DNA of 17,549 nt from Candidatus Methylomirabilota bacterium. GTDB taxonomy: Bacteria > Methylomirabilota > Methylomirabilia > Rokubacteriales > CSP1-6. Below, one piece after another: positions 1-8,007 of the stretch (position 1 is the first letter of the stretch; every line of letters begins with the position of its first letter). Location of the stretch: positions 1-17,549 of the forward strand of contig JBKPAK010000105.1 of assembly GCA_046726415.1 (NCBI GenBank), written 5' to 3'. Both the position numbers and the translations under genes were made by a program. A model generated the notes under the pieces. The model saw only the letters and a list, made by a program, of their open reading frames with translations. It searched no databases and was not told where the DNA came from.

Positions 1-1055
1 TTCGTGGGAATATCCGGGGTGCGGAGCGTTCCCTCGGTAGGGTGCTCGACGATCCTCCAGAAGCCCGTCGCCTCGAGCTGCGGATCGCGGAGCAACGTCT
101 CGAGCGTGTTGACCACCATGGCCGGCACGTTGGCCCCCTCGAGCGCCTCGAGCCACTCGGCATTTGTGCGCGTGGCCACGATCTTGCCCAGCTCCTCGTA
201 CAGCGGCTCGATGTTGGCCAGCCGCGTGGCCAGCGACGAGTAGCGGGGATCCTGGAGGAGGTCGAGCCGCCCCGCCAGCGCGAAGAAGCTCTTCCAATTG
301 GCGTCGGTGTACGGCAGCACGGCCAGGTAACCGTCCTTCGTGGGAAAGGGACGGCGCCACCGATTGAGGATCCGCTTGTAGCCAGCGCTGCCGAGGGCGG
401 GAACGAACGTCTCCCCGTAGAGGTGCTCGACCATCACCCAGGCGGCCACGGATTCGAACATCGGCACCTCGAGCGCTTGCCCCTGACCGGTGCGCTCGCG
501 ATGAAAGAGCGCGGCCAGCACCGAGGACAGCACGGCCATGGAGCTGGTCTTGTCGGCGACGATGGTGGGCAGATACCGTGGGTCGCCGGTCAGCGGGGCC
601 TGGAGGGACGTGAGGCCGGAGGCAGCCTGGATGATGTCGTCGTAAGCCGGCTTGCTCCCGTAGGGCCCGGCGGCTCGGAAGCCGTACGTCGCGCAGTAGA
701 CCAGTCGCGGATTGACGGAGCGGAACTTGTCGTACTCGAGCCCGAGCCGGGCGGCGATCTGAGGTCGGAAGTTGTGCATGAGGACGTCGGCGTCCCGGGC
801 CAGGCGGAACAGGGCCTGGCGCCCGGCCGGCTGCTTGAAGTCCAGGACGAGACTGCGCTTGTCGCGATTGCAGCCCAGGTAGAAGGCGGCCATGCCCGGA
901 TGGCGTGCCGGGCCGAGCTGCCGGGTGGTGTCGCCCTCGGGCGGCTCGATCTTGATCACGTCGGCCCCGAGGTCGCCGAGCGTCTGGGCGGCCAGCGGGC
1001 CAAGCACGACGGTGGTGGAGTCGAGCACGCGGACTCCCGCGAGCGGCCCGGGCAT
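1..1055 (-). CDS. CaiB/BaiF family (class III) CoA-transferase, 3' end beyond window edge
   Basis: Manual translation of the minus strand from ATG at 1055 gives MPGPLAGVRVLDSTTVVLGPLAAQTLGDLGADVIKIEPPEGD...CNRDKRSLVLDFK...ADVLMHNFRP...NPRLVYC...YGFRAAGPYGSKPAYDDIIQAASG, the hallmark CoA_transf_3 motifs. The frame is open to the window edge, so it is absent from the ORF track. Confidence 0.95.
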   Translation of the reverse strand, partial: MPGPLAGVRVLDSTTVVLGPLAAQTLGDLGADVIKIEPPEGDTTRQLGPARHPGMAAFYLGCNRDKRSLVLDFKQPAGRQALFRLARDADVLMHNFRPQIAARLGLEYDKFRSVNPRLVYCATYGFRAAGPYGSKPAYDDIIQAASGLTSLQAPLTGDPRYLPTIVADKTSSMAVLSSVLAALFHRERTGQGQALEVPMFESVAAWVMVEHLYGETFVPALGSAGYKRILNRWRRPFPTKDGYLAVLPYTDANWKSFFALAGRLDLLQDPRYSSLATRLANIEPLYEELGKIVATRTNAEWLEALEGANVPAMVVNTLETLLRDPQLEATGFWRIVEHPTEGTLRTPDIPT

Positions 1056-1061
1056 GGCGGC

Positions 1062-1067
1062 ATTATA
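1062..1067 (-). promoter_or_regulatory. Perfect -10 box TATAAT, 6 nt upstream of the CoA-transferase ATG (leaderless promoter)
   Basis: Minus strand reads gca-TATAAT-gccgcc-ATG with no Shine-Dalgarno. Confidence 0.7.
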
Positions 1068-1089
1068 TGCGCTCAGCGGGGGCGGCGTG

Positions 1090-1204
1090 GCAGGGATGCC
1101 GCATGCCCTGCTACCATCCACCGCGCACATGCATGCGCAGCGCGAGCATGGTGGATGGTGGTCCGGATCGGCAGGCTCTGGGGATTGGCCGATGTGCCGG
1201 ACCA
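1090..1204. promoter_or_regulatory. Cluster of three inverted repeats in the divergent intergenic region, including a candidate extended -10 (TGcTACCAT, 1109-1117) for the SDR
   Basis: GCAGGG-ATGC/GCAT-g-CCCTGC (1090-1111); ACCATCCACC (1113-1122)/GGTGGATGGT (1150-1159); TGGTCCGG-ATCGGC (1159-1172)/GCCGAT-gtg-CCGGACCA (1188-1204). Confidence 0.5.
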
Positions 1205-1232
1205 GCTGAACCCGGCGAAGAGGAGAGCGGGC

Positions 1233-2087
1233 ATGGGGAAGCTCGATGGCAAGGTCGTCGTGGTGACCGGGGCGAGCCGCGGTATCGGCGCCGACATCGC
1301 CCGGCTCTTCGCAGCCGAGGGCGGCCGCATTGTCTGCGCCGCCCGGACGCTGAGGGAGGGGGAACACCCTCTCGCTGGGTCGCTCGAAACCACGGTGGCC
1401 GCCATCCGTCAGGCGCGCGGGGAGGCCACCGCCATCACCGCGAACATCTCGGAGCCGGACGAGTGCGAAGCCCTCATCCGGGCCGCGCGCGAGATCTACG
1501 GGCCCGTGGACGTGCTGGTCAACAACGCCGCGCTCACCTACTACGTTCCCGTCAAGGACTTTCCCACCAACAGGTGGTTGCGCTCGTGGGCGGTGAATCT
1601 GCACGCCCCCTTCATCCTCAGCAAGCTCGCCCTCGAGGACATGATTCCGCGCCGGCGGGGAAGCATCGTCAACATCTCCTCGGGAGCGGCAGTGGGACCA
1701 GGCCGCGGCCCCTACCGGGACAGGCCGGCCATTCGCGGTGGGACGTGTTACGGAGCCGAGAAGGCCGCGCTCGAGCGGTTCACCCAGGGGCTGGCCGAAG
1801 AGGTCTACGAGCACGGCATCTCCGTCACCGCGGTCTCCCCATCGCAAGTCGTGCCCACGCCAGGGACCGTGCATCACCGGCTCGTGAGCAGCCTCGACGA
1901 CCCGCGCGGCGAGCCGCCCGTTCTCATGGCGAAGGCGGCGCTGCTCCTGGCCACGGCGGCGCTCGACGCCGTCACCGGCCGCGTGACCTACAGCCAGCAG
2001 ATCTTGAAGGAGTTCGGCTGGATCGACGCGGCGAAGGGCCGCGGCGTCGACGCGTCACGCCCGGGCAGTGGTTACTCCCAGATCTGA
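1233..2087 (+). CDS. Short-chain dehydrogenase/reductase (SDR family)
   Basis: ATG 1233 preceded by AGGAG (1221-1225). MGKLDGKVVVVTGASRGIG (TGxxxGIG), DVLVNNAA, IVNISSG, catalytic YGAEK (YxxxK). This is the C-terminal part of the 42..2087 track ORF. Confidence 0.93.
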   Translation: MGKLDGKVVVVTGASRGIGADIARLFAAEGGRIVCAARTLREGEHPLAGSLETTVAAIRQARGEATAITANISEPDECEALIRAAREIYGPVDVLVNNAALTYYVPVKDFPTNRWLRSWAVNLHAPFILSKLALEDMIPRRRGSIVNISSGAAVGPGRGPYRDRPAIRGGTCYGAEKAALERFTQGLAEEVYEHGISVTAVSPSQVVPTPGTVHHRLVSSLDDPRGEPPVLMAKAALLLATAALDAVTGRVTYSQQILKEFGWIDAAKGRGVDASRPGSGYSQI

Positions 2088-2091
2088 CGCC

Positions 2092-3318
2092 ATGCCCGAG
2101 TCGGAGATCCTCATCCTCGGCGGCGGCATTGCCGGGGCGTCCACCGCGCTCTATCTGGCCCATGCGGGCCACGACGTCGCGCTTCTCGAGCGCGGCGATA
2201 TCGGCTCCGAGGCCTCCGGCGTGAATGCGGGGTCCATCGACTCGCTGGGCTGGGGCGATGTCCCCGACCTGCAGACCTCTCTGACCGCGGGAAGCCTCGA
2301 GATCTTCCGCGCGCTCCAGCTCGACGAAGGCTTCGACATCGAGTTTCGCCAGTCGGGTTCCCTGCGGGCCATTCACACCGAAGCGCAACATGAGTGGGCG
2401 CGGCGGCGAGTCCAGGGGCTCCGCGCGCGGGGCTTGCGCACCGAGATTCTGAGCACGCGCGAGGCGCGCGGGCTGGAGCCTGAGTTGAATCCGCGTCTGG
2501 CCGGCGCGCTCTGGGCTCCGCTGCGGGCGCAGGCGGATCCGCGAAAGGCCACGCGGGCGTTCGCCGAGGCGGCCGCCCAAGCCGGGGCGCGCGTCCTCAC
2601 CCAGCACGAAGTGAGCGGGGTTCGCGAGGAGAGTGACGGCTATCGCGTCGAGACATCGCAAGGCGCGTTCGCCGCTGGCGTGCTGGTGATCGCCGCCGGG
2701 GCGTGGTGCGCGCCGGTCGGAGCCTCGCTGGGACTCTCCATCCCCGTCGTACCTGTCCGCGGCCAGATGTGGGCGACCCGGCCCCTTCCCCCGCGCGTGT
2801 TCCACGTGATCGGATCGGTCGAGTCGGCGCTCTTCTGGGAGGAGAATCCGGACCACGACGCCGAGTCGCCGCCCGAACTGACGCACCGCGGAGCCCACCG
2901 GCTCACGCGGCATCTGTACGGGCGCCAGACGCGCGAGGGCGACATCATCTTCGGCGGCGATCGCCAGCTCGTCGGGTACACCACCACGCCGGATCCCGCG
3001 GGCATCGAGGTCAACCGGAGTCAAGCCGCGGAGGTGCTACCGCTTCTCGCAGAGATCCCAGTGTCCCGCACGTGGGCAGGGCTAATGCCCTTCTCGCTCG
3101 ACGGCAAACCGCTGATCGGACGGATTCCCGGGCGCGGGAACCTGTACATCGTCAGCGGTCTGGCCTCCTCGGGGTTCGGGCGCGGCCCGATGGCGGGCAA
3201 GCTGCTGGCCGACTACATCCACACCGGAGACCGACCGCCCGTGCTCGAGGCCGCCAATCCCGCGCGCTGCGTGAGAGAGGTGACGGTGGCCGCAGGGCGG
3301 TTCGCGCCCCTTTCCTGA
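2092..3318 (+). CDS. FAD-dependent oxidoreductase, DAO / glycine oxidase / sarcosine oxidase beta-like family
   Basis: ATG 2092, 4 nt after the SDR stop. ILILGGGIAGAS (GxGxxG), EASGVNAG, VIAAGAW, PVRGQ, WAGLMPFSLDGKPLIG, GFGRGPMAGKLLA. Confidence 0.92.
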   Translation: MPESEILILGGGIAGASTALYLAHAGHDVALLERGDIGSEASGVNAGSIDSLGWGDVPDLQTSLTAGSLEIFRALQLDEGFDIEFRQSGSLRAIHTEAQHEWARRRVQGLRARGLRTEILSTREARGLEPELNPRLAGALWAPLRAQADPRKATRAFAEAAAQAGARVLTQHEVSGVREESDGYRVETSQGAFAAGVLVIAAGAWCAPVGASLGLSIPVVPVRGQMWATRPLPPRVFHVIGSVESALFWEENPDHDAESPPELTHRGAHRLTRHLYGRQTREGDIIFGGDRQLVGYTTTPDPAGIEVNRSQAAEVLPLLAEIPVSRTWAGLMPFSLDGKPLIGRIPGRGNLYIVSGLASSGFGRGPMAGKLLADYIHTGDRPPVLEAANPARCVREVTVAAGRFAPLS

Positions 3319-3366
3319 GGGGACGAAGCCACCGGTGCTCCTCCCTGGCGTGGGCTGAGGGCTGGC

Positions 3367-3372
3367 TATGAT
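3367..3372 (+). promoter_or_regulatory. -10 box TATGAT, 6 nt upstream of the pdxH ATG (leaderless promoter)
   Basis: ggc-TATGAT-agcgac-ATG with no SD sequence. Confidence 0.6.
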
Positions 3373-3378
3373 AGCGAC

Positions 3379-4038
3379 ATGACCCAGCCCGCGCCGCCCA
3401 CACCCGTCTTCAAGCCGCTTTTGCCCGAACCGCTTCCCGACGAGCCGCTCGGCTTGCTGGAGCACTGGTTGGCCGAGGCCACCCAGTCCGTCCGCAGCGC
3501 CTCGGCCATGACCCTCGCCACCGTCAGTCGAGATGGGCGCCCCTCCGCCCGCATGGTGATCTGTCGGGGCTTCGACGCGCAGGCCGGCTGGCTCGTCTTT
3601 TACACCGATCGCGAGAGCGCCAAGGGCGCCGCACTGGCCGTCCACCCGTACGCGGCGCTCGTTTTTCACTGGGACGTCTTCGAGCGGCAGGCGCGCATCG
3701 AAGGGCCCGTCACCTTGGCGCCCGATGCCGACTCGGACGCGTACTGGGCGTCGCGTCCCCCCGATGCGCGCGTCGCTGCCGCGGCGAGTGACCAGAGCCG
3801 ACCCATTGCCTCGCGGGCGGCGATGCTCGCCAAAGTCGAGACCACGGCGAAGCAATGCGGCGGCGACGCGCCCCGGCCCACCCGCTGGGGCGGCTATCGC
3901 GTGTGGGCCGAGCGCATCGAGCTCTGGGTGGGCCAGCCTGCCCGCGTTCACGATCGTGCGGTGTGGTGGCGTCGACTCGAGCGCACGGGCGACCAGTTTA
4001 AGGGGAGACCTTGGAGCGCCACGCGGCTCCAGCCCTGA
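3379..4038 (+). CDS. pdxH: Pyridoxine/pyridoxamine 5'-phosphate oxidase (PdxH-like)
   Basis: AMTLATV..DGRPSARMVICRG, FYTDRESAKG, LVFHW..ERQARIEG, SDAYWASRP, ASDQSRPI, PRPTRWGGYRV, ELWVGQPARVHDR, C-terminal RLQP. Confidence 0.88.
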   Translation: MTQPAPPTPVFKPLLPEPLPDEPLGLLEHWLAEATQSVRSASAMTLATVSRDGRPSARMVICRGFDAQAGWLVFYTDRESAKGAALAVHPYAALVFHWDVFERQARIEGPVTLAPDADSDAYWASRPPDARVAAAASDQSRPIASRAAMLAKVETTAKQCGGDAPRPTRWGGYRVWAERIELWVGQPARVHDRAVWWRRLERTGDQFKGRPWSATRLQP

Positions 4039-4093
4039 GGGGGAGGCGGGGCCGGCGTCGGCAAGGGCGCGCGGAGTGTCGAGCGGCCGGCGA

Positions 4094-4720
4094 TTACGGT
4101 CCGCTCCACTCGAAGCTCGCGTAGTGGCCGTTGCGCCCAGTGTTGTTCCAGGCGAAACCGTGGTCCTGGTACGACGAGTGCGTGGCCCTGGCTGCGGCCA
4201 GACGCGACGACACGAAGTGCCTGACGTTGTCGATCCAGCTCTCCGTACCCGGCTGGCGCCCCTCGATACCTTCGATCTCAACGTCGAGGACACCGGGAAT
4301 GCGGGCCCAGCGCCGCCGGCCTTCCATGCCGAATTCGATCGCCGCGAGCCGGGTGGGCAGGCGCGTCGCCACCAGCGATGTGACCCGCGCCATGACCCCC
4401 CCGGCGGCACCGCCGAAGATGCGCTCTAGTGCCTCGCGCTGCGGAGCAGAGGCCACCTGATCGACGTACAGGCCGAACGTCCAGTTGCCGTCGCCCATCG
4501 CCCCTGGGGTGTACACGGCCAGGGCGACGTGTGTCCGAGCGAGGTCGACACTGCCGTAATGCCCCGAGCGGATCTGGAACACGACGGGGACGTCGCAGTG
4601 CCCCTCCGTGGGCCGCGCCAGCGCTCCCGCCGCGCTGCGCGGTCCGAGCAGGCAGGGACACAGCACCTCGCAGTTGCAATTTTCTAGATACTCACCCGCG
4701 ATGCGCCAGCGCTCGGTCAT
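4094..4720 (-). CDS. DUF1326 domain protein (Cys-rich putative metal-binding protein)
   Basis: WRIAGEYLENCNCEVLCPC...PTEGHCD, YTPGAMGDGNW, QREALERIFGG, C-terminal GRNGHYASFEWSGP. SD GAGGGAGG upstream of the ATG. Confidence 0.85.
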   Translation of the reverse strand: MTERWRIAGEYLENCNCEVLCPCLLGPRSAAGALARPTEGHCDVPVVFQIRSGHYGSVDLARTHVALAVYTPGAMGDGNWTFGLYVDQVASAPQREALERIFGGAAGGVMARVTSLVATRLPTRLAAIEFGMEGRRRWARIPGVLDVEIEGIEGRQPGTESWIDNVRHFVSSRLAAARATHSSYQDHGFAWNNTGRNGHYASFEWSGP

Positions 4721-4844
4721 GTCGCGCCTCCCTCGTCCGGCTGCGCCGTTATGGCGCGCCGCGCGTATGGTCGCGGGTACCGCCTCGCGCCGGCGGCGCC
4801 TCTCGGAGCGCTCGGCCGTCGACGCTGCCCATGGGCGGGCGCCA

Positions 4845-5642
4845 TCAGGCGGTGGCGCGGTCCTCCCGGCGCGCGCTGACCACGCTCATGGGATAGAGGC
4901 AGTAGTACTCCGGGCTCGCCACAATCGAGTGGGGCGAGGCGGCGTCGCAGAGCGCGCAGCGGGCGGTCCAGTCCTCGGGCGCCAGCAGCCCGCGGATCCG
5001 CTCGCCCCAGTTGCGCTCGAAGACGACGTGCTGGATATAGTCGTGCGCGGCCTCGGGCAGCGGCGCCGCGCGCTGGAGCACGTACGTCCGGAAGCCCTCG
5101 ACGCGCAGACCGGCCTCGCGCAGGGAGGCTCGGGTGCGCTGCCGCCGCTCCTCGAACGAAAACTCGCCGCCCTCCTGACGGCTGCACTGCATCTCGGCCT
5201 CGCGCAGCCGCCGTTCCAGCGCGGGATGACCGGGCAGAAACAGCGCAGGCAGGAGCTGCGACTCCTTCACGATGACGCGCCCGCCTGGCCGCAGGACGCG
5301 GGCGAACTCCTTCAGCGCCACGGCGGTCGCCTGGACGTGATGGAGCACATCGCTGCACCACACCCAGTCGAACGAGCCATCGGGTGCGTCGACGGCCGTC
5401 GCGTCGCCTTCGCGGAACTCGAGACGCCCCGAGCCGAAGGCGCCGCCGACGAGCTGGCGGGCGGCCTCGACGCGCTCGGCGGTCGGCTCGATGCCGGTGA
5501 CCTGGCCGCCTGGTCCCACTGCTTCGGCCAGCCAGAGCGCGAAGAGGCCGACGCCGCAGCCGACGTCGAGCCCTCGAGAGCGGGGAGGCAGCGCGAGATC
5601 GGCGATCAGCCGCCGGGCCTCCGGTTCCTGGAAGCGATTCAT
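4845..5642 (-). CDS. Class I SAM-dependent methyltransferase (UbiE/Methyltransf_11-like); start uncertain (ATG 5642, CTG 5723 or GTG 5750)
   Basis: Motif I LDVGCGVG, VTGIE, FREGDATAV, DGSFDWVWC, ALKEFARVLRPGGRV. Confidence 0.88.
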   Translation of the reverse strand: MNRFQEPEARRLIADLALPPRSRGLDVGCGVGLFALWLAEAVGPGGQVTGIEPTAERVEAARQLVGGAFGSGRLEFREGDATAVDAPDGSFDWVWCSDVLHHVQATAVALKEFARVLRPGGRVIVKESQLLPALFLPGHPALERRLREAEMQCSRQEGGEFSFEERRQRTRASLREAGLRVEGFRTYVLQRAAPLPEAAHDYIQHVVFERNWGERIRGLLAPEDWTARCALCDAASPHSIVASPEYYCLYPMSVVSARREDRATA

Positions 5643-5719
5643 TCGCTCCAGGCTCTTGGTGAAGGGCTCCGCCGGCTGGTTCGGCGGGGCTCCGCCGTCG
5701 GGTCGTCCCGTCTCGTGGC

Positions 5720-7729
5720 TCAGCCGCGCTCTCCCATCAGGAAGTCCCACAGCCGCGCCGCGCGCACGACCGACAGCTCGACGTCTTCCTCGAGGAGATG
5801 CCCATGCGCGCGCAGCGAGCGCGCGGCGCCCCGGACGCGCTCGAGGTAGGCCTCGCGCGAAGGGTAGCGCTCCTCGATGGCGGGGCGGGGATCGCCAGAA
5901 GCCACGCGCTCGGCGCGCGTGCGCGGAAAGGGGATGGTCGCGCCCGCGAAGACAAGGAGCTGCTCGGCGCCGCCGATATCGGGGTGGCGGAGCGTCCAGC
6001 CGGTGTGGGTGGCCAGGGGCACCATCAGCTCGGGCACCGCGATCCCCGCCACCTCGTTGCCGTCCCCGTCGACGGCGGACACGCGTGAGCCGTACGCGGG
6101 GCCCTCGCCGGGAGGCAGCGTGCGCACCTCGCGCATCTCCTCGTCGGCGCCGAAGTCGAGCCGCCGGGGCCGCGCGTGGTGGCGCGGGTAGCGGCTCGCC
6201 GGGATCCGATCGAACAGCTTGATCAGTTCATCCGGATCCACCGCGCTCCCGTCGGCCAGGCGCGGATGTGCGCTCGGCGGCGGCGTCACGCCGTCGACCA
6301 CCCAGCGGTCGAGGTTGACCAGGCAGGCGCGCAGCAGGCGCCCGTAGTCGATGGTCCCGCGGAGGTTCTGCGAGCGGTCGACCGTCCCGGTGGGATCGGC
6401 GGGCGCGGGCTGGGTGTCGGTCGGCGGCCACACGCCGAGCCCGTGCTCCGTCCCGGCGAAGTGGTAGATGCGCGTGTGCGGGCCGTGGACGATGTCCCGA
6501 CGGCCGTCGGGGTCGGTGTGGATCAGCGAGGCGTCGCCGCGATGATACTCCGCCGAGGTGTTCGTGTAGAACGCCTTCAGCGGGCTTCGCCGCGCATCCA
6601 GGCGGCGGTGCAGCGCATCCTGCGCGCCCGTGGCCTCGTCCGTCTGTGGCACATCGGTGAACGGGAAGAGGTGCGCCATCATGTGCGGTCGATCCTTGGA
6701 GTTCTGCCCAAAGCGCTGGTTGAACTCGCCCCGCAACCCACCCGGCACGTTGGCGATGATTCCGTCGAGTGCCTCTCGACCCCCCTCGTCGAGGTTGATG
6801 TCGTTGTACACGAGCGTGCGCAGCAACCGGCCCGTCTGTGAGCGCCCGTACGCGAAGGCGTGGCGGATGAATCCCGCGGCCGGATTGCCCTCGGCCGCCG
6901 TGCCGTGCTTGAGCCACGAGACGCAATCGCGCAGCGCGGCCATCCCGAGACCCAGCACCGGCGCTCCCACCGCGATGTACGCCACCCGGTAGAGTCGCCC
7001 TTTCTCGAAGCCGCCGTCGAGATGGACGTGCCCTGGATCAGGCACGACCGTGTCGCCCACCACTCGGGCAAAGCGCCAGCGCGCGCGCGGAATGACGGTG
7101 GCCGGTCCGTCCGGCTGGTCGCGCACCGTCATCAGCGCATCTCGCGCGTCGAGGTCTGCTGCCGGATACGGGTGGTGGCCTCGATCGGAGAGCAACATGT
7201 GAGCGATGTCGGCCGACGGCTGGAGCTGCGTGTACACGCGTCCCCGCAGGGGCTGCCCGTGCGCATCGAGCGCGTCGGGAGCGAGCAGTCGGAAGAGCCC
7301 GGGGACATCGGGCAGATCGACCTGCCATCCGCAGGAGGCCACCGCGTAGCCGCGCCGCATGAGGAACCCGTCGCCCACGTCGATGGGCGGGTTGGGATCT
7401 GACCCCGGCCCGAACACAGGCCGGGTCGCGTGGTTGAAGTTGGGCACGGCGACGGTATTGCCGCGATTGACCACGTCAAGCACGACCCGCCCGTTTCCCC
7501 GCCCGCGGTCCACGGGCAGCAGGATGGAGACATCGGAGGCGAACTCGACGCGCCCCCCTCCATCGCCCGGGGCCCGCGCCACGTCGGTGATTCGCCTGTT
7601 GGCGGGATGGGCCGGATCGATGGCGAAGTGCAGTCGCCCCTTCAGCTCCTCGTAGGGCCCGGCGTCGCCGAACGAGCGCCCCGCATCGAGGGATCGTCGA
7701 AGGGCGACGTCGAATCGGATGGCTGGCAC
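5720..7729 (-). CDS. Large alpha/beta-hydrolase-domain protein (Abhydrolase_10-like)
   Basis: N-terminal SFGDAGPYEELKGRLHFAIDPAHPANRRITD, DVVNRGN, GDGFLMRRGY..SCGWQ, nucleophile-elbow-like YGRSQTGR, NTSAEY, HFAGTEH, VDGDGNEVAGI, DPRPAIEERY. No signal peptide visible. Confidence 0.85.
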   Translation of the reverse strand: MPAIRFDVALRRSLDAGRSFGDAGPYEELKGRLHFAIDPAHPANRRITDVARAPGDGGGRVEFASDVSILLPVDRGRGNGRVVLDVVNRGNTVAVPNFNHATRPVFGPGSDPNPPIDVGDGFLMRRGYAVASCGWQVDLPDVPGLFRLLAPDALDAHGQPLRGRVYTQLQPSADIAHMLLSDRGHHPYPAADLDARDALMTVRDQPDGPATVIPRARWRFARVVGDTVVPDPGHVHLDGGFEKGRLYRVAYIAVGAPVLGLGMAALRDCVSWLKHGTAAEGNPAAGFIRHAFAYGRSQTGRLLRTLVYNDINLDEGGREALDGIIANVPGGLRGEFNQRFGQNSKDRPHMMAHLFPFTDVPQTDEATGAQDALHRRLDARRSPLKAFYTNTSAEYHRGDASLIHTDPDGRRDIVHGPHTRIYHFAGTEHGLGVWPPTDTQPAPADPTGTVDRSQNLRGTIDYGRLLRACLVNLDRWVVDGVTPPPSAHPRLADGSAVDPDELIKLFDRIPASRYPRHHARPRRLDFGADEEMREVRTLPPGEGPAYGSRVSAVDGDGNEVAGIAVPELMVPLATHTGWTLRHPDIGGAEQLLVFAGATIPFPRTRAERVASGDPRPAIEERYPSREAYLERVRGAARSLRAHGHLLEEDVELSVVRAARLWDFLMGERG

Positions 7730-7826
7730 GCGCCGATGTCCCGGGCTGAGCTCGAGGCCGCGCTAGGACACGCGCCAAGCGTCGAGCGCCGTGAGTCCCG
7801 AGCCCTCGATGGTCATGATGGGAGAG

Positions 7827-7855
7827 ACCATAACGGGAACCTCGCGCCGACGCAA
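7827..7855 (-). promoter_or_regulatory. Candidate sigma70-type promoter for the hydrolase-methyltransferase unit
   Basis: Minus strand TTGCGT (7855-7850), 17 nt spacer, TATGGT (7832-7827). Confidence 0.55.
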
Positions 7856-7923
7856 GGCGGACTCCGGTGAAACCCCAATGCATCGGTCAATTCGGTGCTG
7901 CGCTCCCGACCACGAGTTGTCGG

Positions 7924-7952
7924 TTGCCGGGACCACCGGGCTCCTCTATCAT
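7924..7952 (+). promoter_or_regulatory. Candidate sigma70-type promoter for the SDR-DAHP synthase operon
   Basis: TTGCCG (7924-7929), 17 nt spacer, TATCAT (7947-7952). Confidence 0.6.
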
Positions 7953-8007
7953 CGTGAGTCGGTCTGCGTCGTCGTGGGTCTGACGTTTTTTCACGGTGAG
8001 GAGTGTC

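Noticed and set aside
42..1232. 681-aa ORF 42..2087 suggesting a novel N-terminal domain fused to the SDR
   Set aside because: The first ~340 residues are the antisense shadow of the minus-strand CoA-transferase and the next ~60 cross the intergenic region. The SDR has its own SD and ATG at 1233.
4039..4093. Possible terminator between convergent pdxH and DUF1326
   Set aside because: The stem is interrupted, has a large loop and lacks a U tract, so it is too weak to call.
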